From assembly GCA_036785375.1 (NCBI GenBank), contig JAWMAR010000023.1:3410001-3474000 (forward strand): a stretch of 64,000 nucleotides of DNA, written 5' to 3'. The translations under genes were made by a program, and so were the position numbers. This DNA is from Leucoraja ocellata. Lineage: Eukaryota. The notes under the pieces were generated by a model. That model was not told the DNA's origin, made no database searches, and saw nothing but the letters and a program-made list of their open reading frames with translations. This document shows, piece after piece, positions 25,864 through 38,902 of the stretch (positions are counted from its first letter, which is position 1; each line of letters begins with the position of its first letter).

Positions 25864-27016
25864 TTATTATTGGATGTTTGGTGGGCATGCTCCCAATAAT
25901 GGTATAAAATCTGCAACAAGGGAGCCTCCATCTTATTGAATCATTTGGAAGAGTGGTATTGTGGCACTGAAGCAAGTCACCAGCATGAAAATTAACTCTT
26001 GAAACATTTGTTCCTATAATGGTGGTGTTCCTTTAAAATAATCAATACATCACATGATCTAGAGCATTATTGGTGAATGATTAGAGTTACCCTGCAACAG
26101 CATTGAAACATGAGTAAATGTTAATTCATCCCAGTAGTTTATTGGACTGTTACATCTACCCACAAAACACCTCATATGAAGCTTCTAAATTAATCAGCTG
26201 CCCGGAGAGTCTGTTCAGCCCATCTTGACTTAAGATAGCTTTTAAGGCCTTTTTTACATTTTGTTTGATATAATTATTTCCAGTAATAAATGTTAAAACT
26301 TAAGAACATGGAAGCTCACCTGCCATCCTTCCTAATCAGTCCTGCCAGCTGGCTCCCTGGACACACAAAAGCAAGCAAGTGTGAACAATGCAGGTCAGGG
26401 AACAGCTACAGATGCAGGCTTCGTCTTGTTAAACTTTAGGCTCGTCTGATCCCATTATAAAGGGTAACATCAAAACAGGAGAGTGCACAGACAGTCGCCA
26501 AAATCCCCAAAGGGCCTAGAAAGCTGCAAGACCTGAGCTTTTTTTCCAAGAACATTTATTACTTATGAAACCTTCCAAGCTCAGAGACTGCGGATGAAGC
26601 CAGACAGCCAATTACTGTATTAGTATTTCAAAGCCTCTTTAGCTGTCTGTAGAAATCACCATCACACTCCCCTCGTAGCACATGTTGTTGCTGCAAAGCT
26701 TCGGGCCATCCTGTTAGTAGAAGCATGCCTCTGCGATCATTCCCAGACTCACATGCTGAGCGCCCTTGAATCTTTTCCTTTCTGAAGCACGAGCCACAGG
26801 CCTAGAAATTGAATTATTTCTTTAGCTTTATGCAATTGAAAATTGTGCTTTTGTTTTCTGGAGTGAAATGCAATAATGGCCATTTTTGTTTGATTTCAAC
26901 CGAGTTGCCCTTGTACCAAAACATGGGCCAGGGGCATGGGATGGTACAGTTGCCGATGTGACCCATTACAGGAGATGAGACCATGTTGTCTTGGGAGCAC
27001 CCATTGTTATGCAGCA

Positions 27017-27215
27017 TTCAGTTTAGTTTAATTTAGTATGGAGATACAGCGTGGAAACAGGCCCTTCGGCCCACTAAGTCCGCACTGACTAGCATTATCC
27101 TCCACACGAGGGACAATTTATAATCTACAAACATGTGCGTCTTTGGAGTGTGGGAAAAAAGTGGAGCACCAATGGAAAACCCACGCACGCACAAGGAGAA
27201 CATACAAACACTCTG
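27017..27215 (-). mobile_element. V-SINE fragment
   Basis: gatacagcgtggaaacaggcccttcggccca tail and partial core. Confidence 0.8.
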
Positions 27216-28569
27216 GAAGGCTTAACTACCCCCCCCCCCCCCCAACATCATAATTCTGCCACCTTCCCTCTCAGTTCTAGCCGTGAGAAGTGGGTGCAGG
27301 GGAGATGTGGCAGACACTGAATCCTGCCTTTGCCTCAGCCCTGCTTTCCAGCCAAGTCATTGGTTTAGCAGCATTCCTGTTTCAATTTTAGCTTCATGTC
27401 ACTACTTGCATTGCTAATTATATTTTCCAAACCTGTATTGTATCTTTTCACTGGAATCCTATCAATTAAAATGATATCACATTGCTATTCAGTGCAGAAG
27501 TTATGAAAAAAAGCAATTGAGTAAAAGCGAAATCCAGAAGTTCCAGCGAAAAATCAGCGAAAAACTGCTGGATGTTCTAACGCTCATTCCATCTCGTGTT
27601 TTAATCAACAGGAAGTGGAAAAAAAACGCAGAGCATCATTTAATCCCCAAAGTGCCTTGCCCTCCCTGGTGCCCCAGCTAAAAGCCTTCAGGAAAATAAC
27701 ACCGCAGGACTGAAAGTCAGACTTGCAGTAAAAATCTTATGTGGAAGCATTGTTGTTAATTGATCAACGAAATCAGCAATTCCCAAATATGTAGGCAGGC
27801 AATGTTTACATTGTACCTTGTTGGCCAATCTTGCTGCTAAGATCTTTATATGTAAACCTTTTGTCAGGATCATGCAACAGTTGAGGCTTGAATACTGTTT
27901 TTAATGTTAGGATTGTGATCAACCACATCTGGTGGTCCATCAGCGCTGTTGTAAAGTTTTGTTGGGTATGCACATGTATCTGGCCCTTTGACCAGTGCAG
28001 ATTAGCTAAAAGAAGAGAGGCTATCTTAAATAATGCTACATCCCTGCTGTTATATATTCATCTGAAATTGGGGTTACTGCTGGTTGCACGATGCAGTTTC
28101 TAGGCAGCACAAAGTATGCATTGAGCGCACCCAATCCCCGGTGCACTCCACAGTGATCCTCAATGCCAACTCTATCCTTCACATCTTTCTGTTGCATGTT
28201 GTTGTGAGAATCCTTCCAGAGTAGCATGTGGGTTCTTTCTTGCTGTTGCAATGGAACAATTACCCCCACTTGGTAATAGCAATATAACGGCAAGTCAACC
28301 TATGTTAGGAGCTTTGCTGATTCAGCTCCTGATCAAACCACGTAGACCAGCTGGCCTGGTGATTCACCAGCTAGTCTGACTTACTCATGAAAACCTGAAG
28401 TATGACCTATCATTGATAGCTAGACGTCTCGTTAGTCGGCTACAGATATTCCGGAAAACCAATGTCTGAATACATACAGTGGACTAGCTTGGTGAGCTGG
28501 AAGCTCAACATCTTTGTATCTTTATGTTGTGAGGCAACATAGTTTTAACTCTGTAAATGCAATACTATT

Positions 28570-28878
28570 TGGGTAGCACAGCAGTAAAACTTCTGCCCCA
28601 AAGAGCCAGAGACCTGGGTTCAATCCTGACCTCAGCTACTGTCTGTGTGGAGTTTGCCCGTTCCATGTGTGACTGCATGGGTTCCTCTGTATGCTCAGGT
28701 TTTGCTCCCACATCCCAAAGAAGTGTGGGTTTTTAAGTTAATTGGCTTCTGTAAATTGCCCCCAGTGTGTAGGATACGAAATTGGGATGATATGGAACTA
28801 CTGTATGGGTGATCGTTTGTCGGTGCGGACTCAGTGGGCAGAAGGGCCTGTTTCCGAGCTGTATATCTACAAACTAAG
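28570..28878 (+). mobile_element. V-SINE (HE1-like)
   Basis: Full head, core and tail. Confidence 0.85.
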
Positions 28879-29619
28879 AGGCTTAACATTACCATTTGGT
28901 AAATTTCCCACCCCACGATGGGTCAACGGGAGAGTTTAACTCAGTTTGATGAATGATGATTTATTTTAAGTTTCTGAAAGATTTAAATATACTGCTAGCC
29001 CAATGATAAAAACCAACGTTAATGCCACAGTTGGTTGTACATGAGCACAACGCCATGGACTGCGTGTTACAGCTGAATAAGATTGTGGACTGACTGGCGG
29101 GTGGTTCCATCAACCACCTGCCAGCTCCCACCTCAGCCCACCCTATCAACCCCCACCTCTTCACTCTCAGCCCTAATGCCGGCTCTTGACCCAAAACATC
29201 AACGTCTTCTGACCCACTGAGTTCTTCAGCACTCTGTTTTTGCTCCAGATTCCAGCTCCAGATGCCAGTCTCTTCTGCCTCCATGTTTGTGGACTTGGTA
29301 CTTTAAATTCACTCTTTGTTGAAATATAGAATTGAGAGCTGTCAAAGAAACCAAATGCAACTAAATTGTTGTGAAAATCAGCAGGAAGGTGAAATTAGGT
29401 GTTCACTAATTGGAACAGTTTGTACCAAAAATGTGGCTCAATGTCAAATGCATGAAGCATTTACTTTTGTGTGGTTGCACCCATTGCCTCAGACGTTATG
29501 ACCTCCTGTTGACTTGGTTCGACTTCCTTCCTACTGTCGTCTCTGCTTGTTTTTTGTATGACTCACGCTCAGAGACCAGTTTGTCTGAACAGCTAGTCCT
29601 TGAAGTCTAAGAGTGGTAA

Positions 29620-30449
29620 CAAACACAAAGAAATCATCTCTCACAGTCCACCTTGAAGCTTACAAACTCCACCTCACTGATTACAAAGATGCCCTCATTG
29701 ATGTAAAATCTGCCTACCTCTCCTCCATATTCACTGATCCCTGCCTAAACCACAGAACCCTCTTCTCCACAGTGGGCAACCTCCTCAAGCCTCGAGCAAA
29801 CACTCTCCCTACCTCTACTCCGGATCTCTGCAACTCATTCCTCCACTTTTTTGCTGATAAAATCAGCACCATCTATCAATCTTTATCCCCAGTACCCGAC
29901 TCCCCAGCATCTACTCCACCACCTACCAAGGTCCCTCCTTTCAACATCTCCACTGACCTCCTTACCCTTCCTCCACACTGCTTCCTCTCCCAGTTTGACC
30001 TGGTCACCCATATTGAAATCTCCAAACTCATCAGCTCTTCCAAACCCACTACCTGCTCCCTCGACCCACTCCCCTGCTGAAGTCCTGCCTCCCCGTTCTC
30101 TGCCCCTACCTCACTAATCTCTTCAACTCCTCATTGTCCCAAGGAATTGTCCCCTCCGCTTTCAAAACTGCTGCGATCACACCAATCTTAAAGAAACCTG
30201 GTCTTAATCCCTCCTCTCTCATTAACTATCGCCCAATCTCAAACCTCCCCTTTCTTTCAAAAACCCTGGAGCGTATCGTTGCGTCGCAACTTAATTCCCA
30301 CCTCTTTGCGTATAACGTACTTGAATGAACCCCTCCAATCTGGCTTTCGCCCCCTCCATAGCACAGAAACTGCTCTCCTCAAAGTCCTCAACGACCTCCT
30401 CTTGAAAGGCGCCCATAAATAAAATGTATTATTATTATTATTATTATTA
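29620..30449 (+). mobile_element. L2-clade LINE ORF2 fragment joined directly to a (TAT)n 3' tail
   Basis: ..KPTTCSLDPLP..VPSAFKTAAITPILKKPGLNP..NYRPISNLPFLSKTLERIV..PLQSGFRPLHSTETALLKVLNDLL (with frameshifts), then ttgaaaggcgcccataaataaaatg(tat)n at 30402-30449. Confidence 0.88.
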
Positions 30450-31019
30450 ACCCACTTCTTGTGGCTTCTTTCACTTTGCATAAAAGCCTTTATCAGAACT
30501 TGTAGCCATTAGTTACACTGCAGAGAGATGCAGAGGAAGTGCCACCCTTCCCCAGTCTAACCACTCGCGCAAGAGTGGAAATATGAGGTGGGGGCCTGTG
30601 GGTGCCAATGTCTTGCTGATATGGAGTTTATATAAACACTTTATGCAAGTGCAAAAAATAAAAATATTTATAATATTACTGATTCTAGGTCATGATAATG
30701 AGTGTAATTTTAACAAGCTGTTGCTTGATTGAAAATACATTTTAAGGAATGGAAACTAAAATTGATTCAATCTTGTTTAATCAACAAATTCTGAGGATAA
30801 AAAAAATTGTAGATCTCAGCAAAAGAGCTGTTTAAAGTAGAGTTTTTGCCACATAAATATCAAATGGAAAGATGTTTAATTGTCGTATGCAATGGAACTG
30901 GGTGAACAATGAAATTCTAACATTCTTGCAGGCCCATTAATGCAATAACACCATAATATGCACAATAAATGATCTATTCTAGCAGGTAAACCAATATCAT
31001 GCGGCTGGTGAGGTCCGGT

Positions 31020-31290
31020 TATTTAGAACATAGAACAGTACAGCACAGGAACAGGTCCTTCAGCCCACGGTACAGCGCAGGAACAGACCCTTCTGAGCCA
31101 AACGTGATGCCAAGTTAACTAATCACCTCTGCCTGCATATGATCCATATTCCTCCATTCCCTGCCTATCTATTTGTCTATCTGAAAGCCTCTTAAACAAC
31201 ACTCTTATATCTGCTTCCACCACTACCCCTGGCAGTATGTTCCAGGCACCCACCACCTTCTGCAAAACAAAATCACTTGCACATCTCATT
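31020..31290 (-). mobile_element. CR1 LINE 3' end
   Basis: agaacatagaacagtacagcacaggaacagg tail with a partial internal duplication. Confidence 0.75.
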
Positions 31291-31786
31291 TTCTTAATAT
31301 GTGGACAAACATAACTAAATATTCAGTAGTATTCAGTTTTTCTATTTTTGTTTATATTTTTCACACATAGGTAGTAATTGTTTGAGGTATAATATTGCCT
31401 GTCATCTTGGTGTTAAATAGTTCATGATTCTACTTTCATTGTTCATACCACTGATATTTCACTGGTATAAAAATGCTTCACTTTTTTGCACCCTTTCCTC
31501 TGTGGCAAAGTCTTTCTGATGGGGTATTGTGCTTTGGACTTGTTGGGAAACTCTTTAAAGTGAATGTAAAGTCGTTTTCATACTTGATTCTGACATCCTT
31601 TGACTCAGACATTTCGAGGTAATCTAATCACGGCCTTTGAAATAATTTAGGGAACCGAGGAGATAGAATTAAAGAAACTATTTGCTGCGATGATAGTGAT
31701 GGTGCCATTCGGAACAACAAGCTGTGCTCTTGCAAGCCCAGTTCCAAAGCATGAAATGAGGGAGCAAAAAGATAATGGGGATGCAT

Positions 31787-31894
31787 TATCTGAAGCAAGG
31801 TCTGAAGAAGGGTCTCGACCCAAAACGTCACCCATTCCTTCTCTCCAGAGTTGCTGCCTGTCCTGCTGAGTTACTCCAGCATTTTGTGTCTACC
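31787..31894 (+). mobile_element. Hammerhead-bearing element with 14-bp TSD; core G12 mutated
   Basis: ggt-CTGAAGA-A-GGGT-CTCG-ACCC-aAAACGTC-acc, flanked by taatggggatgcat (31773-31786) and taatgggaatgcat (31895-31908). Confidence 0.85.
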
Positions 31895-33104
31895 TAATGG
31901 GAATGCATGCTGGCCCATCTGATATATTGAAAACATGATCAAAAGTTTGCTTTAGCTGAGGGTACCAAGGATTGTGGAATAAAACCAGGTAAATGGAGCA
32001 GAGATACAGGTTGGCAAAGATCTAATCGACTGCAGAAGGTCTGAATAACTTTGTTATTTTTGCTGTGCTGCTGTCTCACTTCTTGATGAAGCAAGTTCTT
32101 TCACTGGGGTCACACAGCAAGGCAAAAACTTCCAACATTATCAGAGAGAACATCCCACTCTCTGCTTCTAGATATGGTGACTTCACCCTGACTCAACCCT
32201 GCGGTGAATCAGCAACGTCTCTGTTGCCTTTCCAGAGAGCAGCTTGACAGAATTGAAAAACAAAACCTGTGCTGAAATTATTTGCCAATGATGTTTATTG
32301 TTGTAGAATTAATTTAAATAACAAGCTGGGACTCTAGGGATTGTTATTGCTGAGCAATAAACACAGAGGAGTTAAAATTCCATGGCTTGCCCATTCTAAC
32401 TCCGATGGGAGACTGGCAGATCTCCAGGGATGAGATGGTTATAGCAGGAGATCAATGGAAATCATGCAGACCTACCCTCCGGTTACTTCCAGAGTTATTA
32501 TAAGAAAGAACTTTGGGTATTGAATATATCAAACTGCACACAGCAAGATCCTGCAAACAGTGCATATAATACATGTCTAGTGGTTGAAGGATAATTGTCG
32601 GGTGAGATGCCTGGGTGGCTCCATAGCAGGAAGATCGCAACTCTGCAAAGTACTTCATGCAAAAATGTCTAACATGAGAAATAGAAGCAGCTAAGATCAT
32701 GGCATATATTTTACCTCAACATCCCCTTCACACAATAATTTCACACCTTGTGATTCCTTCTACAGATCTATTGATCCCTGTTTTGGGTGTTTTTGACTAC
32801 TCAGCCTTCACAGCCCCGGGCAGTGAATTCCAAAGATTCTGAAGAAATTTATTTTTACCTCTGTCTTAAATGGTTGTCTACTATGTTGAGACTGTGACCC
32901 TCGATTGTAAACACTATCATCCCTGTCAAGTTCCTTAAAGCAGGGGCCAAAAGCAGGTTCCTGGGTCAAAAGCAGGCAAATGGGCCTAGCTTAGATGTGA
33001 CATCTTGGTTGGCTTGGATTAGTTGGGCTGAAGGCCTGTTTCTGTGTTGTATGACTTTAAGCTCAAGACCTGGGGTGAGTTTGGACCATTTTACGATTGT
33101 TTTG

Positions 33105-33420
33105 TTTTTTTAGTTTTAGTGATACAGCGTGGGAACGGACGTCTGATTTCGAGAAACAGACCCTTCGACCCACTGAGTCCATGCTGATCAGCCAGCAATC
33201 ACCTGTACACTAGTTCTATCCTACAAACTAGGGACAATCTACAGAAGCCAATTAATCTACAAACCTGCATGTCTTTGGAGTGTGGGAGGAGACTGGAGAA
33301 AACCCACGCTGTCACAGAAAGAACTCTGCAAACTCTGTACAGACAGCACCCACAGTCTGGATCAAACCTGGGTCTCTGGCACTGTAAGGCAGCAACTCTA
33401 CACTTGCGCCACTGTGCAGC
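33105..33420 (-). mobile_element. V-SINE (HE1-like)
   Basis: Full-length copy. Confidence 0.85.
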
Positions 33421-34110
33421 ACTGATCACGAGAAATCTGCCAGAGCTGTGGCTGTGTTTCCATTAAAATGTAATTTTGGAACGGCCTAACACTGTGATGT
33501 TGTTATGGTAATGGCTCTTCAGAGTCCTTGTTACAATCATGGTTGCATACTTTTCCTCCCAAAGGATCATGTCTAACTGGCAGAGTGAGAAGTGAATGCC
33601 CCATTTTCCTTCAGCACAGAGGTCTGCTCGGGAATAAAATGAAACCCTGGTGCAGCCCAAGCCTGAGCAACGTCAGGTCTTTCAACCAAGCAACCTGACC
33701 ATTGTCACTGCAACGCGGCCTGCTCCACACAACGCAGCCCATCCATGCTGCCCGCAAATGTCGCACTGCTCTGGGGTTTATTTAGAAAGTTCTACCCAGC
33801 CCAATTGCACTAGAACTAGAGGATTTATAATTTTTTTTCCGAAGCTAACCTGACCCGAATTTCACAGATATTTGTGTCCCGACAGTTCTGAGTCAGGTTA
33901 ACCAGCCACCAGCTATGTTTGTTTCTGTGTGGCAGCAGAATTAGAATTACATAAAGATTAGATCAGGAATAGGCTGCTCTATCCTGCAAATTACTCTTCC
34001 GTTCGATAAGATCGTGGCTGATCTGATTTTTAGCCTTAACTCTACATTCCCGTCCATCCACACTAACTCTTCACTAGTCCCTTCTTCATCAAACAATCGT
34101 TATTATGAAA

Positions 34111-34378
34111 TGGCACGGTGGCACAGCAGTAGAGTTGCTGCCTTACAGCGCTTGCCATGCCAGAGATCTGGGTTCTATCCCGACTACGGGTGCTGTCTGT
34201 GCAGAGTTTACACCCACACTCCAAAGAAGTACAGGTTTATTGGTTTGGAACGTGTAAACAATTGTCTCTAATGTGTGTGTAGGATAGTGTTAACGTGCGG
34301 GGATCACTGGTGGTGCGGACTCATGTGGGCCAATGGGCCTGTTTGCGCGCTGTATCTCTAAACTAAACTAACCTAAAG
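34111..34378 (+). mobile_element. V-SINE (internal deletion)
   Basis: ggcacggtggcacagcagtagag head and ctaaactaaa tail. Confidence 0.85.
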
Positions 34379-35064
34379 TAATATTTATAAAGGGCAGCGT
34401 GGATCCTTATGAATACATAATATTCAAGAAAACGATATAAAATTAAAAGTACTAGAATTTTTTTAGAATTGTGTCTATTAATGTACATTTTCCACATGGT
34501 TGGATTGAATTGGTGCCATATTGTTAGGGTTTAAGTGCTTGATTGGATGTTCGTCTTTATCGAATCAAACCCTTGTCATAACAATCCAGCCTTTTAGCAT
34601 ACAGCACTGGTTGGATAATAATGCATGATTGCCTTTAAACTGAAGAGTTATGACAATTTCAGCCATGGACCTTTTGAAAAGATTACATGTTAATACAAAA
34701 TCTGAAACTGAAAAGGGCTGAAACTGAAAAATCTGAAAAGGGCCGAATGGGATACTCCTGCACCTATTGTCTGTTGTCTATAACTGCCTAATACTGAGGA
34801 TTGGATGTTTTCTGTTACCTTTTTCGTATTATGAATGTTTTCCCCAAGACCGTTGTAAGCATTTCATTGTTCAGAGGGAATCCCGTGAATGGCTTGTCTT
34901 CCTCTCCAAGGGGTGGTGATTACTCTCAGCCAAGGGTTATTCTGAACTGTGATGGCCTCACACCTATCCCAATTAACAGGCCATTACGAAGAGAGTCAAG
35001 AATGTTTTATTGTCATGTGTCCTGAAATGGAACCATGACATTTTTACTTTGTAAATACATCGTT

Positions 35065-35348
35065 TGCTTTAGAGATGCAGTGCGGAAACAAGCCCTTCGG
35101 CCCTCCGGGTCCGTGCTGACCAGCGATCACCCCGTACACTATCGTTATCCTACACATTAGTGCCAATTTACAATTTTATGGAAGCCAATCAACCTTCGAA
35201 CTTGTACATCTTTTGAGTGATGGAGGAAACCAAAGCACCCGGCGAAAACCCACGCGGTCACAAGGAGAATGGATAGATGGGACCCAGTCAGATTCGAACA
35301 CGGGTCTCTGGAGCTGTAATGCAAGCAACTCGACCACTGGCCACTGTG
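35065..35348 (-). mobile_element. V-SINE (HE1-like)
   Basis: Tail, core and head are recognisable. Confidence 0.8.
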
Positions 35349-36234
35349 CTCTCTGAAGCTACAGCTGTTGTGCTGCTGGAAAAATGTCGCCACACACCTG
35401 GAGGCTTCATGTTGTTTTTTTGCCATCATACATTGGAAGGCAAAGTAGTAAATGAAGGGGAGCCTTTGAATTAGTGAGTTTATGTCGTGCCCCTTCCCTG
35501 ACCCTGTTTCCTCCTCCTCTAATCAAGACCAAAGATCCTATAGGATCTTTGATCAAGACTGTCCATTCGCTCCTCCGTCATGCTCCCTGTTGTAAATGAT
35601 GAGCACAAGGCCGGCATAGTTAACAGGCTGCAGTCACTGCCTTCATCGCAGGGAAGGGGGTGGGGTTGTAATGTACTAAGCAGCTGCAACTCATCTGAGC
35701 TCTCTTGACTGTCTCGAGCTTTGCCCCAACATCCCTCTCCCAAAAGCTCACTGGTTTAAAATGTATTTCTGGCCTCAATGGTAAATACAATAAAGAGGTC
35801 AGTCGTCTTTTTGTGGGCTTCTCCCCTTTGCTTAACCTCCTGGTTGTCAGGAAGGTGCTGACTCTGGGTGGGACAGGACTTGCACGTTCTGCCTTAATCT
35901 GACCCACCGCACAGCTTGAGGTGAAAGATAAATCTCAACCTAAGCCTTTGATGTTGTGGGCCCTGGGTTGTCAAACAGCGAATGGCAGGCACAGGGAGTA
36001 TCGCAGTGACGTTCAGAGCAGGGAGGAGCAATTATAAAAGACTGGTTTTGTTCAGCGTTTACAACTAGAATGGAACCTGGAGGGAGCTGAGTGTAAAAAA
36101 CAGCTCTGTGATGGCGTTGGGATAAGTTTGGGGCCCCCTGTGTAGTTTCTGATAACAACACTCCTGCCATCACCACTGCAGATGTCAAGTTGAAGGTTTT
36201 AGGATAATTTTTGAGGTGCTGTAATCGCTGTTAC

Positions 36235-36236
36235 CC

Positions 36237-36275
<39 letters not shown>
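36235..36275. repeat. (CT)n microsatellite
   Basis: Read directly from the sequence. Confidence 0.95.
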
Positions 36276-38152
36276 ATCAGCAATTCCGAAGGAAATTATA
36301 GTGCCCTGAACGATTACCCCCTACCCTGACCGGGGTTTATTAACCCTGTACAAATCCGGGTTCGAATCGGGGTATTCCTGCTGTTATGCCCTTACTCATC
36401 GAAGCGTTTGAAGAAATATCAATGCAAATATCTTGCAAGATCCTGTTAGCTCCCTCTCTGCTTCCTACACACATTGCATTCTCAAACTATTTCAACTTTC
36501 CCAACTTGGCATTTGTTTACGTCTGTTTTTGGATGGTTTGTTAATGGATTTACGATCTGTGCTTAACAACTTTTGAGACAACACAGTGAAGATCAGAATG
36601 CATGGTAGTACAACAAAATCATCAATCAAGCTCTGGATTTTAATTCAAAAGTATTTGGAGTGCTGCGCTCTAATGCTTTTTTTTAAAAAGGTGCTTGGAG
36701 TTTTCAGACGATCTAAGTTGCTGATTTCACTGGGATCTGCAGGCAATGGCCCTCTGACCACATTGTAGTAAACATGGTGCCTATCAATGGCAGTGTTTCT
36801 CCTTTTGATTTGTAAAACTTTGTCCAGATGCAAACATGTCATCCCGATAAAGATGAGATCACTGTACAAGCCTCTTGTTGACAGACTGTGAACAGTGCCT
36901 TGCAGGGCAGACTCCAAATCACAGTGGCGCTTTGAAGCTTGAGCAAGTCAACTTTTCATTCAGTGAAAACTGTGGATTGAACTTTAACCCGAGCAAAAGA
37001 ATTCTAAAGAGGAATAGAGAATGTTTTAATATTGATGGGATGCTGAGGGCCTGTGAAATCCCGGAGAGGATCACGAGGACTGGATGTGTGAAGGAAGAGG
37101 GGAACTGCTCAGATATGAGAAGGGGGAATGCAAAGCAGCTTGAAACATGGGCCCTATTGTCTTATTTTCATCCTGTAAACATGGACTGTTGCTTCTGCTG
37201 AGTAGTTTTTCTCCAACTTTGAGCTGCATATTGGAGAAAGAAAAAGGGTGAGCCACTAACCTTGCAATGCATGGGTCACTGATTCCACGAGAGACCCTTG
37301 GTTGTTCCCTCGCACTATAATAATAGGCTTTATCCTGGCTTGACGCACTCGCACAACAAATCCTTTCATCTGAAAGCATTTTTAGAAATGCCACTTACAA
37401 AGCAGCTCTTAAGACAATGCCTGCCAATGAACTGCTGTGGTGTAGAAATGCAAGGCTCTGGCCTTCTGATTTTTGAGCTGATGGAACTTATTCTGATGAG
37501 TTGCTGCTCAAGTGGAGAACTCAGATGGGATGAGTTTCGATTGTTCGGTGCACAGAGCTCTCGGTTTTCATATTTCTCCTGAGCAAAAGAACAATGCTAT
37601 CGCAAATAAATCCGACTGTTTAGTTATCAATTCAATTTTATTTAAGGAGAAAATGTCTTTGGTGAAGAATGTTTTGCATATTGTATGGTTGTTTGCCAAA
37701 CAGCAACACCATGATGCAGTCTACTCAGTTGCAATGTTTGTCAGTGACGGAAATTTCCCAGAGCATCCTCCCTGTGAGAAAAATGATGCTCCATTCATTT
37801 CTACCTTATTCATTTCCTTCAGTGGGAGTTCACGGATTGTTGCGCTAGAGTTGGTTGGCCATTTGTGATTACTGAACATCCTGAACAGCTTCCCAGTAGG
37901 ATAGGGGTATGTGTGTGATAGCAATCCAAAGCTTCAGAACATTCCATACTTGGCTGTTTTTTATTGAAACCAGCTGTAAGATGCTTGCTTAACTTCAGAA
38001 ATGTAGGTGCACTTTTCAAAATGTGGTTCCAGTAATTTTGACAAAGTTCAGACACACTCAGAGTCACATTAACTCAAACCGTTGATGGTTTGCTCCAACT
38101 GAGTTTCGGCCAGTCGCCAGTTCCCTCAATAACTGAAAGCCCTGCAGCTGTG

Positions 38153-38372
38153 ACTTTAGAGATGCAGCGTGGAAACAGGTCCATTGGCCCATCAAGTCCG
38201 TGCCGACTAGCGATCAACCTGTACACTAGCAATATCCTGCACACTAGAGACGATTTACTTTTTTTTACCAAAGACAATTAACCTACAAACCTGTACATCT
38301 TTTTTGGAGTGTGGGAGGAAGCCGGAGCACTTGGTGAAAACCCACAGGGTCACAGGGAGAATGTACAAACTC
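38153..38372 (-). mobile_element. V-SINE, 5'-truncated
   Basis: Tail and core are present. Confidence 0.85.
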
Positions 38373-38635
38373 CTAGGTTATAGGTTGGAAAAAAATGTGG
38401 TGTAAGTATTATTCAAACAGGAGTGGTGTGGCAGCCTGTGTGTAGTGGAGAATGCACACAGACTACACTGCTGCTGTATTTATTTAGACAAACGAACGGT
38501 GGTATTTCTGAAATAAACAGCATTTGTATATCTTGGTTGCTGAATGGAGATACTGCAAAGCCAGTCAGTCACTGGTGCTTGAACTTGGTGTAGAAGAGTG
38601 GGACATCCAGCAAACCATCTTGTAGTTTCTAAAGA

Positions 38636-38902
38636 CTAGGTTTAGGTTTATTATTGCCACATATACTGAGGTAAAGTGAAATGCTTTGCTTTGCATGGTA
38701 CCCAAACAGATCAGATACACCATATACAGATACAATCAGTTCAAACTCAAGTACAATAAGGGAAGATACAGAGTGCAGAATATAGTTCTCAGCATTGTAG
38801 CGCATCAGTTCGTAAGACGAAGTAGAGGTGAATCAGAGTACCCTAGCTTATGGAAGGACCGCTCAGAACAGAGGGGATGAAGCTGTTCCTGAGTCTGCTG
38901 GT
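38636..38902 (-). mobile_element. Rex1/Babar-type LINE 3' end
   Basis: gaagctgttcctga also occurs at ~60869. The tail tttattgtcacatgtac(t/c)gagg-like recurs at ~39300-39390 and ~60255-60360. Confidence 0.55.

Noticed and set aside
34697-34750. ctgaaactgaaaagggc short tandem duplication
   Set aside because: Slippage at the edge of a CR1 tail fragment; it does not form a hammerhead (no CTGANGA plus stem).
36310-36380. Short imperfect inverted repeat (attacccc..ggggtatt)
   Set aside because: Too short and single-copy in this window to support a MITE or RNA structure call.
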